Positions 1 through 8,974 of a stretch of 64,000 nucleotides of DNA are shown here, one piece after another. The notes under the pieces were generated by a model. The model searched no databases. It was not told the DNA's origin and saw only the letters and a list, made by a program, of their open reading frames with translations. Source of the DNA: Rhodospirillaceae bacterium (lineage in GTDB: Bacteria > Pseudomonadota > Alphaproteobacteria > SHVP01); assembly GCA_002722055.1 (NCBI GenBank), contig PBKD01000014.1, forward strand, positions 419,230 to 483,229, written 5' to 3'. The stretch's first letter is position 1. The number at the start of each line of letters is the position of its first letter. Made by a program: the position numbers and the translations under genes.

Positions 1-198
1 TGCTTTTTTCTTTTGCGATCGTAATATTGTTTATTTGGTTTTCAGCAATAAATTTTTCACCAGTTAACATTAGCTTATCTCCTTTTCCATGGAAAATTAC
101 TATACCGGTATACCTCTTAGTTTTAATATGTATTTTTTTTGGATTCTTTTCTGGAATAATTTTAACTATATTAAATAAAGGTTTAAAAAAAAAGAAGT
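1..198 (+). CDS. C-terminal part of a small inner-membrane protein, LapA/YciS-like (DUF1049), 5' partial
   Basis: Frame 3 is open from the window edge to the TAG at 196-198. The translation (…FIWFSAINFSPVNISLSPFPWKITIPVYLLVLICIFFGFFSGIIL…KKKK) has the two-TM LapA pattern, and it sits immediately upstream of pyrF as lapA does in other proteobacteria. Confidence 0.4.
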
Positions 199-225
199 AG
201 TATTTTTTTTTGAATATCTAATATT

Positions 226-930
226 ATGAATAAAAGAGCTCAAATATATTTAAGTTTAGATAATGCAAATATCGAAGTAGCAATTAGTATTTCAAAAAAT
301 CTTTGTAATACTATTGATGGAATAAAGATAGGAAAAGAGTTTTTTTCAAGTAATGGCCCTGATGGTATAAAAAAAATTAGTGACTTAGGTATTCCAATTT
401 TTATTGACTTAAAATTTCATGACATACCAAATACAGTGTATGGAGCTATCAAATCAATTATTAAACTAGAACCAAGAATAATTAATGTCCATACTCTTGG
501 GGGGCCAAAGATGTTAGAGAGCGCAGTGAAATCTGTAAATGATAATTTTATTGAAAAAAAACCATTAATCATTGGCGTTACACTTTTAACTAGCCTTAAT
601 CAAAAAAGTGTTGATTTAATTGGTTTTAAAGGGAATTTAGATGAGATTGTAGTAAATTTAGCATTATTGGCAAAAAACTCTGGTCTTGATGGTGTGGTTT
701 GCTCTCCTAGAGAAATAAAACTTATAAGAAAATATTGTGGTGAAGATTTTATAATTATTACTCCAGGCATTAGATTTGAACAATCTATTAAAGATGACCA
801 GATAAGAACATTATCACCATTTGAGGCTCAAGCTCGAGGTGCTAATATACTTGTAATAGGAAGACCTATCACTAAGTCTAAAGACCCTTTGGCAACTACT
901 AAAGAAATAATAAAAAGCTTAAAAAAATAA
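226..930 (+). CDS. pyrF: orotidine 5'-phosphate decarboxylase
   Basis: 234 aa with the KIGKEFF motif, DLKFHDIPNTV active-site region and the GVVCS / PGIR motifs typical of PyrF. Confidence 0.9.
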   Translation: MNKRAQIYLSLDNANIEVAISISKNLCNTIDGIKIGKEFFSSNGPDGIKKISDLGIPIFIDLKFHDIPNTVYGAIKSIIKLEPRIINVHTLGGPKMLESAVKSVNDNFIEKKPLIIGVTLLTSLNQKSVDLIGFKGNLDEIVVNLALLAKNSGLDGVVCSPREIKLIRKYCGEDFIIITPGIRFEQSIKDDQIRTLSPFEAQARGANILVIGRPITKSKDPLATTKEIIKSLKK

Positions 931-934
931 CTCA

Positions 935-1585
935 ATGAATAAAAAAATAAAAATTTGTGGATTAACAAAAAAAAGAGAATTCGACTTAGCTATTTCTCTA
1001 AGCCTAGATTTTGTAGGAATAGTATTTCATAAACCTTCAATTAGATATATTAAGCCTGAAAAAATTTCGGTAATCTTAAATCAATTAGAAATCAAATTAA
1101 AACTTATAGCAGTGGTTGTTAACCCTTCAGATAAAGATCTAGAAAATATATTAAATAATATTCCTTTATTCGGTATTCAAATGCATGGTAATGAAACAGT
1201 AGAGAGAATCAAAGAGGTCAAAAAAAGGACAAATTTACAAATTATAAAAGCTATACCTATAGGAGATAAAAGAGATATCAATTTTGCTAAAAAATTTGAA
1301 GATGTTTCTGATATGCTCTTATTTGATAGTAAACCAGGGATAAATAGCAAGTCACCAGGAGGAAACGCTAAAGCTTTTGATTGGAATTTGTTAATTGAAC
1401 AGGAATGGGAAAAACCATGGTTTTTATCTGGAGGATTGGATATAAATAATATAAATAATGCACTGAATATTACAAAAGCAGATTATTGTGATGTTTCATC
1501 CGGAGTTGAGGTTGTCAAAGGGAAAAAAGACCTAAATTTGATGAAAATTTTCACAAAAAAAGTAAGAGAGTTTAACAATGTCTGA
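935..1585 (+). CDS. trpF: N-(5'-phosphoribosyl)anthranilate isomerase
   Basis: 216 aa starting [10 protein letters not shown], a TIM-barrel TrpF pattern; directly upstream of and overlapping trpB. Confidence 0.85.
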   Translation: MNKKIKICGLTKKREFDLAISLSLDFVGIVFHKPSIRYIKPEKISVILNQLEIKLKLIAVVVNPSDKDLENILNNIPLFGIQMHGNETVERIKEVKKRTNLQIIKAIPIGDKRDINFAKKFEDVSDMLLFDSKPGINSKSPGGNAKAFDWNLLIEQEWEKPWFLSGGLDINNINNALNITKADYCDVSSGVEVVKGKKDLNLMKIFTKKVREFNNV

Positions 1586-2801
1586 TCTTAAAAAACCAAA
1601 TTCATTTAAGAATTTTCCCGATGAGCATGGTAATTTTGGTAAATATGGTGGAAGGTTTGTAGCTGAAACCCTGATGCCATTATTAATTGAGGTTAACAGA
1701 GCTTGGGAAAGTGCACAAAAAAGTAAAAAATTTAAACATGAGTTAAATTATTTTTTAGATCACTTCGTAGGACGTCCAAGCCCTCTTTATTTAGCTGAAA
1801 GAATGACAGAATATTTGAATGGCGCAAAGATATATTTTAAAAGGGATGAGCTAAACCACACAGGTGCACATAAAATAAATAATTGTATAGGGCAAATTCT
1901 TCTTGCAAAAGAAATGGGCAAGACAAGAATCATAGCAGAGACCGGTGCTGGTCAACACGGCGTAGCAACAGCCACTGTTGCTGCAAGGTTTGGAATGGAT
2001 TGTATAATTTATATGGGCCATACAGATATAGATAGGCAAAAATCAAATGTGTTTAGAATGGAGCTTTTAGGAGCTAAAATTATTCCTGTATATTCGGGAA
2101 CCGGCACTCTTAAGGATGCTATGAATGAAGCGCTTCGTGATTGGGTTTCTAATGTTGATGATACATTTTATATAATTGGGACAGCTGCTGGACCCCATCC
2201 TTATCCTGAAATGGTAAGAGAATTTCAATCAGTAATTGGAAAAGAGACAAGAGAGCAAATTTTAAATTTAGAAAATAAGCTACCAGATACTCTTATTGCC
2301 TGCGTAGGGGGTGGAAGTAATGCTATTGGACTTTTTCATCCCTTTTTAGATGATGAAAATGTAGATCTTATAGGTGTTGAAGCTGGAGGAAAAGGACTAA
2401 AAACTAAATACCATGCATCATCGCTTAATGGAGGAAGACCCGGCATTCTTCACGGAAATAGAACTTATCTACTTCAAGATGATGATGGTCAGATATCAGA
2501 TGCCCATTCAATTTCAGCTGGTTTAGATTATCCGGGTATTGGTCCTGAACATTCATGGCTTCATGATATAGGAAGAGTCAAATATGTATCAATAAATGAT
2601 AATGAAGCTCTAGATGCTTTTCAAATGTGTAGCAGAATAGAAGGTATTATCCCTGCTCTCGAGCCTTCTCATGCTCTAGCATATCTATCTAAACTAGCGC
2701 CAAAACTAAATAAAGATCATATAATTATTATGAATATGTGTGGAAGAGGAGATAAAGATATATTTACTGTAGCTGAAAAAATTAAGGAAAAAAATTCATG
2801 A
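1578..2801 (+). CDS. trpB: tryptophan synthase beta chain
   Basis: 407 aa with the [12 protein letters not shown]-lysine motif, GAGQHG and GGGSNAIG motifs; overlaps trpF by 8 nt. Confidence 0.95.
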   Translation: MSDLKKPNSFKNFPDEHGNFGKYGGRFVAETLMPLLIEVNRAWESAQKSKKFKHELNYFLDHFVGRPSPLYLAERMTEYLNGAKIYFKRDELNHTGAHKINNCIGQILLAKEMGKTRIIAETGAGQHGVATATVAARFGMDCIIYMGHTDIDRQKSNVFRMELLGAKIIPVYSGTGTLKDAMNEALRDWVSNVDDTFYIIGTAAGPHPYPEMVREFQSVIGKETREQILNLENKLPDTLIACVGGGSNAIGLFHPFLDDENVDLIGVEAGGKGLKTKYHASSLNGGRPGILHGNRTYLLQDDDGQISDAHSISAGLDYPGIGPEHSWLHDIGRVKYVSINDNEALDAFQMCSRIEGIIPALEPSHALAYLSKLAPKLNKDHIIIMNMCGRGDKDIFTVAEKIKEKNS

Positions 2802-3625
2802 ACTCAAGAATTTTTGAGACTTTCCTGAAATTAAAAAAAAATAATAGAAAAGGCTTTATACCATTTATTACTGCGGGTGATCCAACGATAGGAATGTCGC
2901 TAGATATAATTAAATCACTTCCTAAAGTTGGTGCAGATCTTATTGAAATTGGAATGCCTTTTTCTGACCCAATGGCAGATGGTAAAATAATACAAGCCTC
3001 GAGTTTAAGGGCCTTAAAAGAGGGAATTACAATAGAAAAAATTCTTGAAATGATTTCTAAATTTAGACAAGAAAATGCAACTACACCTATTGTTTTGATG
3101 GGTTATTTTAATCCTATATATAATTTTGGAATAGATAAATTTTTATCTTATTGCAAAGAAAGTGGCGTTGATGGACTAATTATAGTTGATTTGCCTTATG
3201 AACATGATTCTGAACTTTGTATTCCGGCGAGAAAAAGTGGTCTTGATTTTATTAGACTTATTGCACCAACTACAACAGATGAAAGAATGCCCTTGTTATT
3301 AAATCAATCGTCTGGTTTTGTTTATTGCATTTCATTAAGTGGAATTACTGGATCTAAAGAGGCCCAAATAAAAGTTGTAAATGATACTATTCATAGAATT
3401 AGGAAATCTTCTGATCTTCCAATTGCAGTTGGGTTTGGTATAAAAACTCCGCAGCAAGCTAGTGAAATGTTATTAAGCGCAGACGCAACTGTCATTGGCT
3501 CAATAATAGTGGAAAAAATAAATGAGATTTATTCATCCGATAAAGAAGATAATAAAAAATTAAAATTAATAAATGACTTTATAAATACATTTTCTAATGA
3601 AATACATAAACAAGTAAGAAACTGA
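2798..3625 (+). CDS. trpA: tryptophan synthase alpha chain
   Basis: 275 aa with the [14 protein letters not shown] and GFGI motifs; ATGA overlap with trpB. Confidence 0.9.
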   Translation: MNSRIFETFLKLKKNNRKGFIPFITAGDPTIGMSLDIIKSLPKVGADLIEIGMPFSDPMADGKIIQASSLRALKEGITIEKILEMISKFRQENATTPIVLMGYFNPIYNFGIDKFLSYCKESGVDGLIIVDLPYEHDSELCIPARKSGLDFIRLIAPTTTDERMPLLLNQSSGFVYCISLSGITGSKEAQIKVVNDTIHRIRKSSDLPIAVGFGIKTPQQASEMLLSADATVIGSIIVEKINEIYSSDKEDNKKLKLINDFINTFSNEIHKQVRN

Positions 3626-3631
3626 GTAAAT

Positions 3632-4501
3632 ATGAATTGGTTAACAAATTTTGTAAAACCCAAGATTAGAGCAATAGTTGGTAAAAAAGATGTGCCTGAG
3701 AACTTATGGTCTAAGTGTAATGGGTGTGGCGAAATGTTATTTCATAGAGACCTAAAGGATAACCTAGGTGTATGTAACCAATGCAATCAACATCATAAAA
3801 TTTCACCTGTAGAACGCTTCGACTCACTGTTTGATAATAGCGAATATGAGTTAATTGAAACACCAAAAGTAATATCTGACCCACTAAAGTTTAGAGATAC
3901 AAAAAAATATACTGATAGACTTAAAGAGAATAGATCTAAAACAGGATCTACTGAGTCAATAATATTAGCCCATGGGAAAGTAAATAAAATAAAAACTGTA
4001 ATTGCATCACAGAACTTTTCATTCATGGGTGGCTCATTAGGCATGGGAACGGGTGAAAGTATTATTAATGCAGCAAATTATTGTGTGAAAAATAATTGTG
4101 TATTAATTATAATTGCTGCTGCAGGAGGAGCTAGAATGCAAGAAGGGATACTCTCTCTCATGCAACTTCCGAGAACAATTATTGCAATTGACTCATTAAA
4201 ACAAAAAAAAATACCCTATATTTCGATTTTAACTGACCCAACTACTGGAGGGGTTACAGCATCCTATGCTATGTTAGGTGATATTTCAATTGCAGAACCT
4301 GGTGCATTAATTGGTTTTGCAGGACCTAGAGTTATAGAAAACACAATAAGAGAGAAATTGCCTGAAAACTTTCAACAATCTGAAAAATTACTGCAGAATG
4401 GTATGCTTGATATGGTTATTGATAGGAGAGAATTAAAAGAAACTCTAGGAAAAATAATTAAATTAATTACTATAAATAACAAGAATTTTGATCATACTTA
4501 A
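3632..4501 (+). CDS. accD: acetyl-CoA carboxylase carboxyltransferase beta subunit
   Basis: 289 aa with the N-terminal Zn-ribbon CNGCGEMLFH…CNQCNQHH and a crotonase-like carboxyltransferase domain; conserved position before folC. Confidence 0.9.
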   Translation: MNWLTNFVKPKIRAIVGKKDVPENLWSKCNGCGEMLFHRDLKDNLGVCNQCNQHHKISPVERFDSLFDNSEYELIETPKVISDPLKFRDTKKYTDRLKENRSKTGSTESIILAHGKVNKIKTVIASQNFSFMGGSLGMGTGESIINAANYCVKNNCVLIIIAAAGGARMQEGILSLMQLPRTIIAIDSLKQKKIPYISILTDPTTGGVTASYAMLGDISIAEPGALIGFAGPRVIENTIREKLPENFQQSEKLLQNGMLDMVIDRRELKETLGKIIKLITINNKNFDHT

Positions 4502-4516
4502 TGAGTAGCAAAAAAC

Positions 4517-5824
4517 TTGACTATTGATTATTTTTTACAAAAATTTTCTAAACTTTACCCTAAGTCAATTGATCTTTCACTAGATAGAATCAAAATACTA
4601 TTAGATAAGTTAGGTAATCCTGAAAAAAAATTGCCACCAATAATACATGTTGCTGGAACAAATGGAAAAGGATCTACGATTGCTTTTTTAAAAAGTATTT
4701 TTGAAAGTGCAAATTATAAAGTTCAAGCATATACCTCGCCACATTTAATAAATTTTAATGAAAGAATTAGATTACCTAACGGTTTCATAAAAGATGATTT
4801 TTTAATTGATATTTTCAAGGAATGTAACTTTTATAATAAAAATGAACCTATTTCATTTTTTGAAATCACTACAGCAGCTGCATTTTTAGCTTTTTCCAAA
4901 AGTAAAGGTGATATCTTACTTTTAGAAGTGGGTTTGGGAGGAAGGTTAGATACAACTAATGTAATTGAAAAGTCAATCCTATCAACTATAACTCCTGTCT
5001 CTCTTGATCATACTGAATTTCTTGGACAAAATATTGATTCAATAGCTTTTGAAAAAGCAGGAATAATTAAAGATAACGGTAGAGTTTTAATTGGCCCTCA
5101 AACCCCTCGAGTTACTGAAATAATCAAAAAAATAGCAAATGAGAGAAATAATAATTCATTTATTTATGGTAGAGACTGGTTTTTTAATTCAAATTCAGAT
5201 AATTCAATAAAATTGAATTTCAAAGAAAACTCATTATTTTTACCTAAACCTAGGCTTAATGGTTTTCATCAAATCTCAAATGCAGCTCAAGCAGCAGCTT
5301 GCACAATGGCTCAAGATATTTTTAAAATTACAGAGAGTAATTTAGAAATAGGAATTCTAAACGCTTATTGGCCTGGTAGGTTGCAAAAAATTAATGTGAA
5401 TTTACCAGAAAAAAAAATTACGAACCTTCAGGTATGGTTAGATGGAGGGCATAATGCTAGTGCAGGAACTTATTTATCCAAATCAATTAAATCACTAGGC
5501 ATTGAAAAAACTAGTAAAATAGTTTTAATTTTAGGTATGCTTGATAATAAAGACTTTGTTAGCTACCTAGAACAATTCAAAAAAATCATTGACCTAATGA
5601 TTTTTATTCCAGTACCTAATAGTAATAATTATCATTCACCTGATAAATTGAAAAATTTTTCAGAAATGAATCTTAGGGTAAAAGCTAAGACTGCCAAAGA
5701 TTTTTTTGATGCGCTAAATATTATAGACACAATGGTACCACTTAAAAATACAAAAATAATTACTTGTGGTTCACTTTATTTGGTTGGGGAAGTGCTAAAA
5801 ATAAATGGTTATAATTTTAAATAA
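4517..5824 (+). CDS. folC: bifunctional folylpolyglutamate synthase / dihydrofolate synthase
   Basis: 435 aa with the HVAGTNGKGST P-loop and Mur-ligase-family architecture. The start appears to be TTG at 4517, because the in-frame ATG at 4501 runs into a stop. Confidence 0.8.
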   Translation: MTIDYFLQKFSKLYPKSIDLSLDRIKILLDKLGNPEKKLPPIIHVAGTNGKGSTIAFLKSIFESANYKVQAYTSPHLINFNERIRLPNGFIKDDFLIDIFKECNFYNKNEPISFFEITTAAAFLAFSKSKGDILLLEVGLGGRLDTTNVIEKSILSTITPVSLDHTEFLGQNIDSIAFEKAGIIKDNGRVLIGPQTPRVTEIIKKIANERNNNSFIYGRDWFFNSNSDNSIKLNFKENSLFLPKPRLNGFHQISNAAQAAACTMAQDIFKITESNLEIGILNAYWPGRLQKINVNLPEKKITNLQVWLDGGHNASAGTYLSKSIKSLGIEKTSKIVLILGMLDNKDFVSYLEQFKKIIDLMIFIPVPNSNNYHSPDKLKNFSEMNLRVKAKTAKDFFDALNIIDTMVPLKNTKIITCGSLYLVGEVLKINGYNFK

Positions 5825-6137
5825 CTGATTCAATCCACTCAACTATCTTACTCTTAGGCAAAGCGCCTACTTTTGTAGAAACAATTTCACCATTATTAAA
5901 CAACATAAGTGTAGGAATACCTTTAACACCATACTTGCTGGGGGTTTGAGGATTTTCATCTATATTTAATTTTGAAATGGTTACCTTTTCACTCATTTCA
6001 TTAGATATTTCCTCAAGAGCAGGACCAATTTGCTTGCACGGTCCACACCATTCTGCCCAATAATCAACTAGTACTGGTTTTGATGAATTTAAAACATCTT
6101 GCTCAAATGATAGGTCAGTAATATTATTTGTAGCCAT
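5817..6137 (-). CDS. trxA: thioredoxin
   Basis: 106 aa with the WAEWCGPCK active site. Confidence 0.9.
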   Translation of the reverse strand: MATNNITDLSFEQDVLNSSKPVLVDYWAEWCGPCKQIGPALEEISNEMSEKVTISKLNIDENPQTPSKYGVKGIPTLMLFNNGEIVSTKVGALPKSKIVEWIESVI

Positions 6138-6245
6138 CTTAAGTCTAAACCTTTATATAAAAAATAATTAACATTAAAAAACCTATACTATTTGGTCAAC
6201 AAAATTCTTATAAAAATTCTTGATATTTACATTAGAGTATAAGAT

Positions 6246-8963
6246 TTATTCTATACGCTTTATATTCAATTCCCTATCTCCTAAGACTTTCTTAATATAA
6301 CAACATCCTTTCATTTTCTCAAAATTACTTTCCGCTAAGTCATACCAACTTCCTTTATCTATATTTCTTGTTTGACTGTAACCGCAAATATAAAGTCTAT
6401 CCCTAGCTCTTGTCATTGCAACATAAAATAATCGTAGATATTCTTTATATTCTTTATCTTTATTGAGTGAATTTATTTTATAATATTTTGAATTCTTATT
6501 TTCTGGTAGTGATGAAGGGAACATAATAAAAGCCAAATCATTCTCCTTAACAACATAAGGGTTTTTTTTATTTACTGGGACAGATGTTGTATCAGGTAAA
6601 AATACTATTGGAGCCTCCAGGCCTTTGGCACTATGAACAGTTAAAACACGCACCTTATTTCTAACACTACCTAAGTCGATTTGATAACTTATAGATGAAT
6701 TTTCAAACCAATGAATAAAACCTTGAAAAGATACTATATTATTTTCTTCATAATCTATAATTTGATTAAGAAACTCATCTATAATTTCATTATTTTGTTT
6801 GCCTAAATAACTTAAAATTTTTCTTCTACCTCCAGAATCTAATATATCGGAGTAAAATTTAAACGGACTATAAAAAGATTTTCTTTTTAATAAATCTATC
6901 AATGCATTATATATTTTTTTATACTTTGTATTTTTTTTAGAATAAATTAATAGTGAATCCCATAAAGATTTAGACCCTCGGTTAATTGATAACTCAAATA
7001 AATCATCTTCTTTAATATTAAATAATGGACCTTTAAGAACATTAGCTAATACAAAATCATCATTTGGTAATAATACAAATTCCATTAATTTAATTAAATC
7101 TTTAACTACCAAATAATCCTTTAATTTAATTTTTTCAGATGACACTACTGGAATATTATTTTTTTTAAGCTCGTTGATTATTCTTTGAAATAATAATCCT
7201 CTTTTACGAACTAAAATCATTATATCTCCCGCCTCTATAAATCTATTCTCTGAAACTAATATTTCCTTAGATGCCAACCATTCTTTTATTTGAATTGTAA
7301 TCAACCTTGCTAATTCAGATTCAGATGAAATATTATCAAATTGATTTACTGGAAGTTCCCAAATATCTCTCTGATTAATAGGCCTCTCAATAAGTGGCCA
7401 TATTTCAATTAAACCTCCACCATCTTTTCTAAATGAGTGATGATTTTTCCATTTTTTCATTTTTGATATTATTTGAGTTTCATTTTCATCAGCAAATATT
7501 TGGTCAACAAACTTTAGAATTATATCAATACTTCTATAAGATTTACTAAGACTGCTTATTTCAAAATTAATATTTATATTTTTGAAATAATCTATAAAAC
7601 TATTTTTAATATTTTCTAAATTTTCTGGATTAGCACCTTGAAAACTAAAAATAGACTGTTTTTCATCACCAACTACAAAAATACTTCTCTCATTTTTATT
7701 TATTGAATTTGTAGTAAAAATTTCAGTTATTAGAGTATGTAACAAATCCCACTGCTCAGAACTTGTATCCTGCGCCTCGTCTATCAAGAAGTGTTTAATT
7801 TGCTGATCAAATTTAAATAAAACCCATGGAGCAATATCAATCTTCTTAAAAAGATTTAAGCTAAAGTAAATTAAATCATCATAATCAAGTAAATTAAAAT
7901 TAAGTTTTATGTTCTGATATTCAATCATTATATATTTAAAAACCGTAAGAGAAGAAATAATCTTACTTGAGATATTAATAAATGATATCTTTTCTTCAGT
8001 TTCAAAAATTTTTTTTGCCTCAGAATTAATATCAATTACTAGTTCAGGGTACTTTTCTGATATTTTTTTGGAAACGATATTTTTTGCTATTGAATTTTTT
8101 TTAGTTAAAAATACTGACTTATAATCTTTCCAATCACTTTCTCTTTCTGAACTATTAATCCATTTATTAATAGCTCTACTATTTAAATTATCTTTTTTAC
8201 TACCCTCTGCTAGTTTATCTATAATATTTATTAATTTTTGCATTCTATATGAATTTATTTCGCAAGCTTTATCAACTAAAGAGGATGGGGTGTCTGATAT
8301 GTCTAAATCAAAGAGTTTATAAATATGATTTATAACTTTCTCAAGCTCATCGGATTGAGACCATATTTTACTTAAACTTATTTTTTTTGACACTAGTTCT
8401 GAGAATAATTCATTAAATCGTTTTTCGTCATTTTTGACGACTAAATTTTTAAGTGATTTATCAAATCTTCGATTATTCTTATATTTTTTAAATGCTAAGT
8501 TTCTAGCCTCTAAAATGTAATTAGCCGTTTCGTTTGCGGATAGAACTGAAAAATTTGGTAAAACTCCTGCTTCAATAGGGAATTTTTTTAAAATATTTTC
8601 ACAAAAGCTATGTATTGTTTGAATGTTTATTGATGAATGATCTTCCAGTAATCTCAAAGCTAAAGATCGTAATCTATTTGTATCTATATTTTTTGAAATT
8701 TTATATTTTTTTAAAATATTTTTAAGTTGATAATCTTCTAAATTTATCCAGTGAAATAATTTCTGATTAATTCTTTCATGCATTTCAATAGAAGCTGCTT
8801 TAGTGAATGTAAGACATAGTATTTGTGATGGGGGAACGTCTTTGATAAGTAATTCAATTATTCTCTCTACTAGTAAACTTGTTTTACCGGAACCAGCTGA
8901 TGCTGTTATCCATATACTCGAAAAACTCTCATAAATATTTTTTTTATATTCACTATTTTCCAT
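6246..8963 (-). CDS. addA: AddA-type (UvrD/Rep superfamily 1) helicase of the AddAB double-strand-break resection complex; apparently without a C-terminal nuclease domain
   Basis: 905 aa. Walker A (ASAGSGKTSLL), motif II (FLIDEAQDTS), motif III (VVGDEKQSIF), motif IV (LSKSYRS), motif V/VI (VLTVHSAKGLEAPIVFL…VAMTRARDRLYI). The protein ends about 45 aa after motif VI with no PD-(D/E)xK motifs. It lies immediately downstream of addB. Confidence 0.8.
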   Translation of the reverse strand: MENSEYKKNIYESFSSIWITASAGSGKTSLLVERIIELLIKDVPPSQILCLTFTKAASIEMHERINQKLFHWINLEDYQLKNILKKYKISKNIDTNRLRSLALRLLEDHSSINIQTIHSFCENILKKFPIEAGVLPNFSVLSANETANYILEARNLAFKKYKNNRRFDKSLKNLVVKNDEKRFNELFSELVSKKISLSKIWSQSDELEKVINHIYKLFDLDISDTPSSLVDKACEINSYRMQKLINIIDKLAEGSKKDNLNSRAINKWINSSERESDWKDYKSVFLTKKNSIAKNIVSKKISEKYPELVIDINSEAKKIFETEEKISFINISSKIISSLTVFKYIMIEYQNIKLNFNLLDYDDLIYFSLNLFKKIDIAPWVLFKFDQQIKHFLIDEAQDTSSEQWDLLHTLITEIFTTNSINKNERSIFVVGDEKQSIFSFQGANPENLENIKNSFIDYFKNININFEISSLSKSYRSIDIILKFVDQIFADENETQIISKMKKWKNHHSFRKDGGGLIEIWPLIERPINQRDIWELPVNQFDNISSESELARLITIQIKEWLASKEILVSENRFIEAGDIMILVRKRGLLFQRIINELKKNNIPVVSSEKIKLKDYLVVKDLIKLMEFVLLPNDDFVLANVLKGPLFNIKEDDLFELSINRGSKSLWDSLLIYSKKNTKYKKIYNALIDLLKRKSFYSPFKFYSDILDSGGRRKILSYLGKQNNEIIDEFLNQIIDYEENNIVSFQGFIHWFENSSISYQIDLGSVRNKVRVLTVHSAKGLEAPIVFLPDTTSVPVNKKNPYVVKENDLAFIMFPSSLPENKNSKYYKINSLNKDKEYKEYLRLFYVAMTRARDRLYICGYSQTRNIDKGSWYDLAESNFEKMKGCCYIKKVLGDRELNIKRIE

Positions 8964-8974
8964 ATATTTACTGT

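Noticed and set aside
1851-2039. Short antisense ORFs from the six-frame track that lie inside larger genes (for example 1851-2039, 3793-4044, 10314-10517, 10677-10976, 26204-26398, 29133-29396, 30081-30323, 35080-35274, 57967-58176, 63535-63759)
   Set aside because: Each is embedded opposite a long, well-supported gene with clear family motifs. They have odd composition, no RBS and no recognisable domains. They are typical spurious shadow ORFs of AT-rich DNA.
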